A stretch of 64,000 bases of DNA from positions 128,001 to 192,000 of the forward strand of contig CAVTDB010000009.1 in NCBI GenBank assembly GCA_963733375.1, given 5' to 3'. A program made the position numbers and the translations under genes. Positions 11,516 through 22,678 of this stretch are shown here, piece by piece. Numbering within the stretch: the first letter of the stretch is position 1; each line of letters begins with the position of its first letter. Below the pieces are notes generated by a model. The model did not search any database and was not told the DNA's origin. It saw nothing but the letters and a program-made list of their open reading frames with translations. This DNA comes from Nitrospirota bacterium (GTDB lineage: Bacteria; Nitrospirota; JACRHJ01).

Positions 11516-11541
11516 GGGCCCCGCCTATAGAGGCGGGACCC
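11516..11541 (-). terminator. GC-rich intergenic hairpin
   Basis: GGGCCCCGCCT-ATAG-AGGCGGGACCC after the stop at 11564. Confidence 0.5.
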
Positions 11542-11563
11542 GTTGGCTGAATTTAAGTACAGT

Positions 11564-13542
11564 TTAGTACCAGTTCGGCGTGGTCCTGTTGAAGTGGCAC
11601 TTCGCGTTGGAGCACTGCGCCGAGGAGCCGACCGTGTGGTTGATCACGGAGAAGCCCGTGGCAGCTTTGCTCTGTATGCGGGTGTCAGCTCCGGTGTACG
11701 CCTGCGCGACGGTGACTTTGTCCATGTGCGTGATGCCGTAGTGGCACTTGCCGCACTTGGTCGTGTCACCCGTTACGCCCGCGTAGGTGTCGCCCTTCGC
11801 ATTGTACGCGCCGGCTCTGCTGAGGTGCTTCAACTGGCCAGCCAGACCAAGTACGCTGGTAGCCTCGTTGAAGGCGGACCTGACAGAGTGACCGTTCGTG
11901 GACGCCCAGTCAAGAGCAGCGCCAGGATACTCGTGGCAGGTCGCGCAGCCGGTTCCACCACCACCAGCTATCAACGTCTCCAGGGTCTCCTGCGTATTGA
12001 CGCTGTCCCAGAGCGGGGACGTGATTACGTGGCATCTGTTCGTGCAGGTGCCGTGGGTCGTAATCGTACCAGCGCCCGACCAATTCGTACCGGACTTGTT
12101 GGTAAACGTGCTGGGCCCGATACCGGCGGCGCCGTTCAGGACCGGCAGCTGGATGATGTTAACCACGCCAAGGGCGTTCGTATGCAGGCCGGTATAGACC
12201 ACGTGGCAGTCGTTGCAGGACGGAAGTCCGTGCGCGCCAACTCCTATCTTGTACGCAGAGATCTCCTCGAAGTGGAGACTGTGTGCGAAGGACAGCGGCC
12301 TGGTCGCGCTCTGATTGGCAGCCAAGGTAGCAGTGTGGTTGTGGCAAGCCTCGCAACCCGTGCTGGTGCCGCCCGTCGGCGCCGCGCCATTCCACGCCGG
12401 GTTGTTCAGCATCTTGACCGACTTGTTGAAGTGACAGTTGTTGGTGCAGCCGATGTTACCGGAGTTACGGTCGGTTGCGGACGCTACGCTCGGCGTCGCA
12501 CTGGTCGTATTCGTCCAGAGGCCGGTTATCATGCCGCCAACAACCGCGTTCGCGGACACGACATTGGTACCGTCGGTGGCGTGCGGGTAGGCCTTACCGT
12601 AGCCGTTAGTGCCGTGACGCCCCAGTCAAGCAACCTTCCATTAACACCCCTGACGAGGGTCTCCGGGCCGCCCTGGCCCCTGTTGTCCGGATGGCAGGCC
12701 TGGCAGACGGCGTTGGCAACGCCTGGTTGCTGCTGACGTCCACGCTGTTCTGCAGGCGGACAGTGGTGCCGTTTACGAAGATCTTGATGCCGCCGGTTCC
12801 AGGCGCGGCAAATTCGCTGCTCGAACCGCCCAGGGTCAGGTGAGGGTTATGGCCGTAGCTGGCCGGGGCAGACAGGCCATAGCCTGCGCCGGAGCCACCG
12901 ACATTGGTGGCGTCGCCGTGGCAGGAATTACAAGTCAGCTTTACGGAAGCCGAGGTGTAGTTGCCCCACGGAGCGGGGTTCGTTGCTGTGGTGCCCTTGT
13001 GGCAAGCCGGGGTACAAGTACCGGTGCGCGGCGCGGTCTCCATCGAGGTGAGGAGTTCGGCCTGATGCTCATGCCGCCCTGGTCGGAGTAGTACAGCAGG
13101 ACCTTGAGGGGAATGCCGGGGTTGAGTATCCATCGCTCCGCCGGAGGTGCTGTAGTCGCGGTCGATGGTGGACCACTGCAGGAAGCCGCTCTCATGGTTC
13201 GGTGGTTGTCAGCGTGGCAATTACCGCATACGCCGCTGCCATTCGTGCTGTTGCCCGGGCCATAGGTCACCGAAAAGTAGTTCATGTGGATGCCGTGCAG
13301 TCCACGGTCGTTGTCGTACGACGGCGTGAGGTGGTCTGATACGCGGGAACCGCCCTGGGGTCGCTCGAGGGCAGGGCCCTTGCGTCAACAGACATGCTGC
13401 CGCTTGCGCCGGTCGAAGCGTTGTTGAAGATCGCACCATGGCACTCGCCGCAGCTTATGGTCGCTGCGGAGGCCATCCCGGCCAGACCCAGCGTCAGGCC
13501 CAAGGCCATGACCACGGTCAATAACATTTTCATTTTACTCAT
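11564..13542 (-). CDS. Secreted multiheme c-type cytochrome, ~12 heme motifs (several frameshifts)
   Basis: GGAGG RBS, signal peptide, ATISCGECH, CGNCH, CTPACH, CNSCH, CQACH, CTNNCH, CEACH, CNDCH, CTNRCH, CATCH, CGKCH, CSNAKCH; ends TPNWY. Confidence 0.85.
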
Positions 13543-13605
13543 TTCAAAACCTCCAGTTAGTAAAAAAACTCCAACAGACAATGAACGACAAAAAAACCCT
13601 TTTTA

Positions 13606-13706
13606 CCCCTTTTTCATCACCCCTTTCATATTGTTGATTTTTGTTAACTCCATTTCACCTTTAACACAGTTCGGAGTATTTTCCTCCCCTTTTTCATCAC
13701 CCCTTT
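13606..13706. repeat. Perfect 21-bp direct repeat CCCCTTTTTCATCACCCCTTT x2, 80 bp apart
   Basis: Copies at 13606-13626 and 13686-13706 in the intergenic spacer. Confidence 0.85.
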
Positions 13707-13729
13707 ACAATCAAAGATTTTTATTATCA

Positions 13730-15924
13730 CTAATACCAGTTCGGGGTCTCCCTGTCGAAGTGGCACGTGACATGGTAGCACTGCGCGGTCGCCTTGAACG
13801 AATTACTGCTGACAATGAAGTCGACTTCTCGAGGCCCCGTTCCCGTCGGGGCCACTAGATAGTCTCGTTCGTGTGGTCTCTCGCGCTCGCCAGGTGGCAC
13901 TTCCCGCACAGGTTCTTATCTTCGTCACGTTGGGGAGGTATCCTTGTACGTGTCGTAGGCCGAGGCGGCGTTTAAATGCTTGATTGCGCCGGATGTGGCG
14001 TTAATTACGCCGGTGCCCAGGAGAGTGATGGTGCTCACTTGATCGGAGGAGGACCTGACGCAGTGGCCGTTTGTAGTTGGCCAGTCGTTAGGCGGGGAGC
14101 CGGGATATTCATGGCAGGTGTCGCAGGCCAGGCCGTAGGGTCCGTTGCCGGGGTTCCCCGCCCAAGCCTGGTGCCAGTCGTGTTATGGCATGCCACGTTG
14201 GTGCAGGTGTCGTCGGCGGTATTAACTTTGCCTATCGTGCCGCCGTCGTAGAATGTCCCCCCGTTCCAATAGGTCGTGGAAGAGGTATCGATATTGGCGG
14301 TGTCCAGTCCCTCCGGATGCGTAGTGCCGGGCTTGTTCCCGTGGCAAGTCTGGCAGATGGCGAGCCCAGACAGGCCGGGGAACTTGTTCGGGATAAAGAT
14401 CGGGAAATGAGCGGCGAGTTGCCGGTATCGTTGTTCAAGCCAGCGGGCCCGTATACGCCGCCGACGCCCGGCGGGAAGCCGTGGCAGGCGTCGCAGGTGC
14501 CGCCACTCGACTGGAAGCCGTCGATGCTTGTGGCAGATCGGTGCAGTCACCTCCGGTGTTGTGGCCCATGCCGGTCCAGTCGTTTCCGCATGTGGTTGGC
14601 TGTCACCGTATGGCAGACCTCGCAGATGCCGAAGCCTGTGTCCGGGCCGAAGCCCGGCGCCGGTGAAGTTCTGGAAATTAACGGCCTTGCCGTTTATCAC
14701 GTTCTTGATGAGCATTATATTGGTTGAGTTATGCGTGGTATGGCAGTCAAGGGATTCCGTCGCCGGTTCGGTGTTGGCCGTATGCAGATCGCGCCGTCAT
14801 GTATATTTACCGAACCGGACTGAGACGAATAGCCGTTCAAAACCGTCTTATGACAGTCGCTGCACAGCGCCGTGCCGCTTGACTCCCTCATCAACTGACC
14901 GTTATTCGAAGGGGCGTTATGCTGTTTATGGCAGGAGGTGCAGTAAACCTTGCCGCCCTCTATGTATGCGTTCCCTTGTGCCTGAGGCGTGTTGGTGTTA
15001 TTCAGGCCATTGGTATAGCCGAACAGAGCACTCCGGGTGGTTGCTCGTGACGCCGGTTCCGGGCGCATGGCTGGCTGCCAGCGACACGCGGTCGGCATGG
15101 CAGTCCACGCAGACGGCGTTGGCGGTGTTGTCGTCCCTCAGATAGGGCTCGCCGATATCAACGTTAATATAGGTGTTGCCGGGCTGGGCAATATTGAAGA
15201 CTACCAGGGCGGAGTTGTTCTTGTACGTGTACTCGGAGGGATCTACCAGAAACTGCTTCTTGGTCCGGCTGTTCGTAATCGTCGGCTGGTATCCGTTTCT
15301 GTAAACCCTTATATATTGGGCAAGGTATTGCTTGGTCGATGAAACGCTGATCTGATACCTTTTATTGTCTGATGTGTTGGTAGCGGCATAGTTGAAATTC
15401 TCAACGGTTTTCTTCATGGCCTGGTGGCAGGTCTGGCAGCGGACTCTCATAGGAAGTATTGTTAGGAGCAAGGACTCATATGGGCCGTGCCGTCGATGAT
15501 GTTCCCGTTGTAGTCCGTCTTGAAGCCCGACAGGGTCGGAATTCTCGTCCCGGCAGTCCCTATCACGCCGTTCCAGCTATGGGAATTGCCCATGGACGTG
15601 GCGTTTATGAGGATTATTCCAGTGACGTTCAGGTATTTGTTGGTGGAGGCCGTCCCCGGGTTCTTCTGGTGCGCCTCGCCCGCCAGTTGTGGCAGGACAG
15701 GCAGAAGCCGGTATAATCGGTGGCGAGGCTGTCCTCTATGTCACTTGGCAAAAATGTGCTCTTCGGGATGGAGTGGCAGGCCGCTCCCCCGCCGTTGTTG
15801 CACGAGTTATCGGTATAGCCAGGGCGGTAATCCCTGTGGGGGCTGTCGGCCGCCCTGGCTGAGCCATCAGCGCCATTATCAACACCGCAAGCGCTACCAC
15901 CACTGAGAATAAGGTCTTTTTCAT
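13730..15924 (-). CDS. Secreted multiheme c-type cytochrome, roughly 14-15 heme motifs including doubled-CXXCH-type modules (many frameshifts)
   Basis: Signal peptide MKKTLFSVVVALAVL; CNNGGGAACH, CLSCH, CQTCH, CVDCH, CTSCH, CSDCH, CEVCH, CDACH, CQTCH, CTNVACH, CDTCH, CGKCH, CYHVTCH; ends ETPNWY. Confidence 0.82.
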
Positions 15925-16103
15925 ATTCCACACCACCTTTTGTAAGAGTTAATCCTTATAAACATAAATGCCTGAAAATACTATATTTTTTAAATTTAAA
16001 TCCGGATGATTCCTCTTAAAAAGCTCAGGTCTATTATGTATAAAATAAAATAAAACACTTTATAGCAAAATACACAAAGACCTGATATTTCAACGATTTA
16101 TAA

Positions 16104-16120
16104 TTGCAACATGCATACCG
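16104..16120 (-). promoter_or_regulatory. Putative sigma-54 (-24/-12) promoter for the cytochrome island
   Basis: Minus strand CGGTATGCATGTTGCAA has GG-N10-GC spacing; AT-rich context ~180 bp upstream of the first cytochrome. Confidence 0.6.
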
Positions 16121-16397
16121 TCCAGACCAATCCGAGCTTGATGAATGCATGTTAAAATCGCACTTGATGCTAAGGCTGGGAAATATAATGGAAATTTTTT
16201 ATTAAAAAAAAAAGGCGTCGATAAAATATTTAAAAAAAAACCGGATAGAACGAAATTTCGGGTCAAAAACGCAAAAAAAATCCCGGAAAAATTGTTCCGG
16301 GGAATCTAAAGCTTCTTTTCGCGCAAATCCAGAGCGGGGCTTTTGAGCAGAACCGCGCATGCAGTCCTTCGGCTTTTCCGGTTCAGCTGCCCCGGCT

Positions 16398-17066
16398 CTA
16401 ACGGCCAGCGTCCAGCACCACGAACCCTTTCCTTATCGCGTACTTTACGAGTCCCGCCGTATCGTGTATATCGAGCTTGCTCATAATATGCGCCCTGTGG
16501 GTCTCTACCGTTTTTACGCTTATATTCATAAGGTTACCAATTTCATTATAACTATAGCAAACCGCGATAAGCTGAAGGACTTCCTTCTCGCGGTTCGTCA
16601 GCTTGTCCGGTTCTCCCCTGGTCTTTTTATCCTCGTCTTCCCGCAGGTAGCTGTCCATGATCTTTCTGGAGATGACTGGAGAGAAGTAAGGGTTTCCGCT
16701 ATGGACAGACCGTATCGCCGTTATCAGCTCGCTTGCGGAGGCGTCCTTGATTAAATACCCGGAGGCGCCGGATTTGAGTATCTGGAAGACGTATTCCTCG
16801 TCTTTGTACATGGTAAGGGCAAGCACCTTCACGTCCGGGTTAAATCTCTTTATCTGTCTTGTCGCCTCAAGGCCGTTCAGTATGGGCATGGCGATATCCA
16901 TTATAACGACGTCCGGGGCAAGCTCCTGGGCCTTTTTGGCCGCTTCGCGCCCGTTCTCGGCCTCTCCGACGACCTGAAGGCCGTCCTGCGCCTCCAGAAG
17001 TGCGCGGAGCCCCTGCCTGAAAATCGTATGGTCGTCGACGATCAGAATCCTTATGTTTTCTTCCAT
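16398..17066 (-). CDS. NarL/LuxR-family response regulator
   Basis: ILIVDDH, MDIAMP receiver; LTNREKEVLQL..ISVKTVETHR HTH. Confidence 0.95.
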   Translation of the reverse strand: MEENIRILIVDDHTIFRQGLRALLEAQDGLQVVGEAENGREAAKKAQELAPDVVIMDIAMPILNGLEATRQIKRFNPDVKVLALTMYKDEEYVFQILKSGASGYLIKDASASELITAIRSVHSGNPYFSPVISRKIMDSYLREDEDKKTRGEPDKLTNREKEVLQLIAVCYSYNEIGNLMNISVKTVETHRAHIMSKLDIHDTAGLVKYAIRKGFVVLDAGR

Positions 17067-17078
17067 GTGGCAGCCCCT

Positions 17079-18212
17079 TTATATCTCAAGTTTCCCGGAA
17101 TTTATTATGGTCTTTGTAATGCCGCCTCTTGAGACGTAAAGAGTGGGCTTGAAAAACACGAAGTCCTGATGGAAGGGAGTGCTGACGGTCCCGCCGAAAG
17201 AGCTGTTGTCGCCAAAGGCAAGGTGGATCGTCCCGAAGATTTTTTCCGATTCCAGCACGTTGTCCGGCTTCGTGGCCCGGTCGTTCGTGCCGATGCCAAG
17301 TTCGGCCAGGTTCCTGTTGCCTGAGGCGTTGTCGAGAGATGCGCGGAACTCCTCTACAAACGGTTCGTCTCCGTCCACCTCCGCCGCCCTCCCACCGCGC
17401 ACTTTTACAGTAACAGGACTTAAAAGCTTCCGGTCAGGCGCCCAAAAGAGTATCAGTTTCCCCTCGCCGGTTCCTTCCACGGGGGCCAGATATACCTCGC
17501 CCGCGGGGAGGTTCGAAAACGCGCCCGGCTCGCTCAGGATGCCGGTATCCACCATCGGCACTCTCCCCTTGATGCCGAATGTTATGTCCGTGCCGTCGGG
17601 GGTGGTTATCCTCACGCTATCGGCCCCGTCGATTGCCGCCGCGATGCGCCGGGAACGGGCCGCGACTTCTCCCCAGTCCGCTTCCATGGAGCCGAAGAGC
17701 ATGTCCTCTTCAAAAAGCGGCATGCTGGCGTACCTGGCCCCGGCTTCGGAAGTCAGAAGGTCACGGAAACGGGTGTGGCTGGTCGAGTAATTGGACAGGG
17801 CGACGACGACCGAGACCGCGGAGCTTTTCTCGGCGGATACGATATCCCTCGCCGCCCGGATATCCGCCGGCGATGCAGTTTTGAGCCTTATCTTTGAGAG
17901 CAGTCCCTTTTCATTCAGCGCCCGGACTGCGCACGCCCCGAAAGCAAGCTTCCAGAGCTCTTCACCCGGCTCGGTGCCGTGGCTCCCCAGGGCGGGGAAT
18001 TCGGAATAGACGGCTTCGACGCCGATTTCTCTTGCGGCGTCAACGGCGGCGCGGGCAATCCTGATAAGTCCCTTTCTTCTCAGGAGCCCGGTCTCGTCCG
18101 CCTTCTCCCCTTCAGCGACAAGGTCGGTAAACACCAGCACCCTGTCGCCCGGCCGGACGCTTAAATTGACCCGGTAAACCTTCTTGAGACGCTCTATAAT
18201 CTCACTCGACAT
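17079..18212 (-). CDS. Aminopeptidase, M29/thermophilic metalloprotease-like
   Basis: NLPAGEVYLAP, LAELGIGTN, LESEKIFGTIHLAFGDN, HQD. Confidence 0.85.
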   Translation of the reverse strand: MSSEIIERLKKVYRVNLSVRPGDRVLVFTDLVAEGEKADETGLLRRKGLIRIARAAVDAAREIGVEAVYSEFPALGSHGTEPGEELWKLAFGACAVRALNEKGLLSKIRLKTASPADIRAARDIVSAEKSSAVSVVVALSNYSTSHTRFRDLLTSEAGARYASMPLFEEDMLFGSMEADWGEVAARSRRIAAAIDGADSVRITTPDGTDITFGIKGRVPMVDTGILSEPGAFSNLPAGEVYLAPVEGTGEGKLILFWAPDRKLLSPVTVKVRGGRAAEVDGDEPFVEEFRASLDNASGNRNLAELGIGTNDRATKPDNVLESEKIFGTIHLAFGDNSSFGGTVSTPFHQDFVFFKPTLYVSRGGITKTIINSGKLEI

Positions 18213-18252
18213 AACCCGGCCCGCCTTTGTATTAAAAAGTGCAACGCGAAAA

Positions 18253-19229
18253 TCAATCTTCATCTCCCAGAAGTTCGAGGGCCTCGTTCGCCTTTGTCCG
18301 CACGCCGTCCGATTCGTAAACGTCCCCGGATATTTCCCGGAGCTGGCGCGCCGCATCCTTAAGCCGCAGGTTCTCTATCAGGTCGATCGCCTGCCAGCGA
18401 ACGCGCTCGCTGGCCGATTTAAGCTGGGCGATGAGCGGCTCGCCGATCCTGGGGTCCGTCGAATACTTCAGGGCTTTTATGGCGTTTAATATGACGCTGT
18501 CGTCCTTCTCGAAGTTAAGCACGTTGATGAGCGGCTCTACCGCCTTATCGCTTTCAAAAAGGCCCGCGGCCTCCGCCGCCGCCGCGCGCACCGAGGGGTT
18601 CTTATCGCCAGATAGCGCCGCGAGAAGAGGGTCCAGGGACTTATCCCCTTTATCTCCCCGAGGACGGTCGCCGCGGCCGTGCGCACTTCATAGCTTTCGT
18701 CTTTTTTCAGCGCCTGGATAAGCGCGTCTTGAAGAGCCTCGTCCTGGTGAAGCGGGTCCGGGTACCCCTCTCCGGGCTTTCCCAAGGACTGCGCCGCGTA
18801 CTGCCGCACGCGGGGCGAGGGGTCTGTCAACATGGCGTTTATGAGGGTCTTTTCCCCGCTCGCGTCCCAGAGACCGGACAGGGCCTCCGCCGCGCTCTGG
18901 CGTACCTCGCCGCTTTCGTCTTTCAGCGCCTTCAGATACGCCGGCATGGCCTGATTGTCCGATATCACGAGGAGCGCGCCCAGCGCGGCCAGCCTGACGT
19001 TCTCGTCTTTATCTCCAACCAGCATGGCCGAGAGAGCCGGGACGGCCGATTTCTCCTTCATGTCGCCCAGGCTCCTTGCCGCCGCCGCCCGCACCGCCGG
19101 GTCCGGGTCCTTCGTCGCCCCTGTCAACGCGGAGAGCGTTTCGGCCGTATGCGCGTCGCCCACGTCCGCATATGCCGCCGCGGAAACCAGGAGTATCAAA
19201 AGAGACAGGACGAATGACAACTTCTTCAT
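18253..19229 (-). CDS. Exported HEAT-repeat protein (frameshift)
   Basis: Signal peptide AAAYA-D; repeated D(P/E)xxxVRxAAAxxLG units. Confidence 0.8.
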
Positions 19230-19230
19230 A

Positions 19231-22200
19231 TCAGCCTTCTATTTTTTTCAGGGCCTTTTTCGCCTGAGGGGCCTTCACGCCGTCCGGATACGCGTCGAGA
19301 TATTTTTATATGCCGCCGCCGCCTTGTCCTTCTCGCCCAGACGCGCGTAGCTCTCCGCCACCTTGAGCATGGAGTCGGCCCTGTACGGGTTCTCTCCGAG
19401 TATCAGGCATCCCGTGTACGCGATTATCGCGGACTTGAAATCCGATTTTGCCTCCGAACATTCCCCGGAGATATAAAAACCCTTAGCCCGGACATCGAGG
19501 GTCTGGGAATGGTCCCCCGCCTTGTCCAGACAGGCGATTGCCTCGTCGTATTTCTTCTGCTCGAAGAAGGCCTCCCCCTTGCCGACCAGCGCCTCTCCGG
19601 CGAAATCGTTGTCCAGCGACGCGGTGTCGAATTCAGGCGCAGGCCTCAGGCCATTTTCCGGCTTTCGCCAGAAGCTTTCCCGCGTGCAGGGCCGAAGGGG
19701 CCCTCAGCCGCCCGCCCGCCGCCTCCGCGTCCAGGTAATCCTTTACGGCTTCGTCGTTCCTGTTCAACGCTTCGAGGGCCTCTCCCAGTTGAAAACAGGC
19801 GTCGGCCTTCAACGAACTGTCCTGGTTCAGACTGAGGAACCTCGCGAAAGCGTCCGCGGCCTCAGTGTTGTCGTTCGCGGCCATGCCATACTCGCCAACC
19901 TTGTACCAGGCGTCCGCCGCATGGGGGCCGTCCGGATATTTTATTGCCAACGACTTGAACGCCTCTTCGGCGTCCGCCGTCCGTTCCAGCTTTTCAAGAC
20001 CCCAGGCCCGCCCGTACTCCGCCTCCGGCAAGAGCTTATCCGTCTGATATTTCGAAATGAAAGACTCGTACGCATCGAGCGCGTCCTGGTATTTCTTCAG
20101 GTTATAGCAGCTGTCCGCATACCAGTAGAGCGCGCCGGGCGAAAGCTCCGGGTCCTGGGAGCCGGCTACCTTCTTCAGGCCCTCGGCAGCCGCCTCGTAG
20201 TCCTTCAGGTTCACCGCCGAAAGCGCCGCGAAATAACGCGCCTTCATTTCATCGGCGCTGCCGGGATAGCTCTGGACGAACTGGTCAAAAAGTTTTTTCG
20301 CATCGGCGAACTGCGACTGGTTGAACTTCAAGAAGGCCTGCTGGAATGCCGCTTCCTGGGCAAGGTCGCCGGAGCCGCCCTTTTTGAGCTGGTCGAGCAG
20401 GGCCTGCGCCTGTGCCTGGTCGCCCGTCGCCGTCATGGCCTTTGCGAGCGCGAGCTTCGCCCGGTTCCCGACGTCGCCCGAAGGGTCGCTGTCCGCGACC
20501 GACTTCAGGAGCGCCGCGCCTTTATCCGTCTCGCCCTGCTGGATCAGTATAAGGCCCCTCTGGTAATCCGCCTCTTTCGCCAGCGGGTCTTTGGGGTTCG
20601 CCTTCGAGAACATCCGCGAAGCCGCGCTTCCGCGTCCTTCGCGTTATTCAGCTTCAGCTCCGTCCAAGCCAGGGCGTATACCGCCTTCCTGGCGGGCTCC
20701 GCACCCGGTATTTCGCCAGCACGTCTTTGTACCGGGCTTCGGCTTCCGCGTATTTTCCCTGGTCGTACATCGCCTCGCCCGCGTCGAGCACGGCTTCCGG
20801 GACGAGCGAGCCGTCTTTCGCCTCCGCCGCGAGCTTGTCGAACGCGTCGAGGACGCCTGGTACTCCTTCAGCCCCATCAGCGACCATGCAAGGCCGTACA
20901 GGGCCTGGTCGCTGTGCGCCCCCGTCTGGGATATTTCTGGAGGTAGCTCGAAACAACTTTCCTTCGCCTTCGGATAGTCCTTGGCCCCGTAGCAGGATTC
21001 CGCCAGCCCGAAGAGCCCCTTCTCCTGATATTCCGGGGAGGAAGTCTGCGAAAGAAGAGCCGTAAAACCCTGGGCGGCCTGCGGGAAGTTTTCCTGCTCC
21101 AGGTAGTTCCGCCCTATGCCGAAGAGCGCTTCGGACTTGTTCGGGCTGTCCGGGTGATTCTTCAGCAGCCTTTCAGTACGTGTCTATGGCCTTATACAGC
21201 TCTTCGTGCCGCTCGTACGCCTCGGCCATCCCCAGCAGGGCGTCCTGGGCCAGAGGGTTCGTCCGGTATTTGTCCGCTATCTCCTCGAAGCCGGATATCG
21301 CGGGCGGGTAATCGCCAAGGTGCAGCTTGCACTGACGCACAGTAGGTTTTTCACCTCGACGCTATCCGCGATTCCTGACCCTGATGCTCCCCATCATCTC
21401 CACAAGGGCCTGCTCGGCCTCCTTGAACATCTTTGCCTGGTAATACGCCCAGGCCAGGTCGTACCTCGCGGTCTTTATGTCGGCTGGGTCCTTCGCCTTG
21501 GCGAGCGCCCGTTTGTACGCGTCCGCGGCCTGCTCGTAGTTCTTCATCCTGGCCCTTGCCTCGCCCAGCTGCATGCACGCCGTCACGGCGAGGTTGCCGA
21601 ATCCGGATACTCGTCCACCAGCCTTCCGAAGTTCTCCGCGGCCTCCTGCATGTCCCCAAGTTTAAAGCATCACAGCTCAGGCCGTAGAGGTCATTGGTCC
21701 CGTTCCTGGGCGTCCGGATATTTGGCAAGGATGCCGGTATATTTCCTTTTTCGCCTTCACGTAGTCTTTCTTCTGGTAATAGCTTTCCGCTTCGCGGGAC
21801 TCCGCCTTCCGGCAGCAGCTTGCTCGCGGCGTATTGATTGATGAACATGTCGTACTGTTTTATCGCGTCATCGAAAGAGCCCGTCTTGAAATAAGCATGA
21901 GACAAACCCAGCCTCGCGGCGGGGGCGTCCTCCGAATCCGGGGACTTCCGGAGGGATTCATCCAAGCGAGACTCTTCGCCTGCTCGTAATTCCCTACCCA
22001 GGAAATCGGCCTCGGCTATCCTGAACGCGGATTTTTCCCCGTACTTTCCCTGCGGGTAACTCGCCAAGCACGTGAGGAAATAACCCCTGGCCTTGGCGAA
22101 ATCGCCTTTCTGCACGTAACTCTCACCCGCCATGAAATTGCATTCCATCGCCTTGGGGCTGTCCGGGAACTTCGATACGGCCATGCCGAAGGCCTCCGCC

Positions 22201-22670
22201 GCCTTTTCGAAATCGCCGAGTTTAATATAGCTGTGCCCGGTCATATACAGCGCGTCACCGCGGATTTTTTATCGGGGTAGTGCGCGAAGGAAAGCCTTGT
22301 ACGCCTCCACCGCCTTCTCGTATTCCTTGAGGATATAATGGCAGTCTCCAAGGCGGAGCTTCGCGTCCGGCGCCTTCTCGGACGCCGGGTACGAGGCAAG
22401 CAGTTTCTCGAAGGTCTTCGAGCGATTCGCGCACCGAGCCCCTGGCGAAATCGGATTCGGCCAGGCCATCAAGGGCGTCGGCGACGTGCCAGTTCCAGCG
22501 GGGAACAAGCCGACGTATTTTTTGAACTGCTCAGCCGCCAGGTCATAGTCCGCGTTCTGATAGAGCTGGACCGCGGTCTTCATGATTTCGTCCGGCGTCT
22601 CGGCACAAACCAGGGTGGCGCTGGCCGCCAGATAAATCGACATCGCCGCAAGGATAAAAAGTTTTTTCAT
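19231..22670 (-). CDS. Large exported tetratricopeptide-repeat protein (BamD/CpoB-like repeats), ~1140 aa, many frameshifts
   Basis: Signal peptide; recurring YP.S...A...(L/I)G...Y units across ORFs 22269-22670, 21351-22244, 20654-20956, 19633-20613; ends KKALKKIEG*. Confidence 0.78.
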
Positions 22671-22678
22671 AGACCCCT

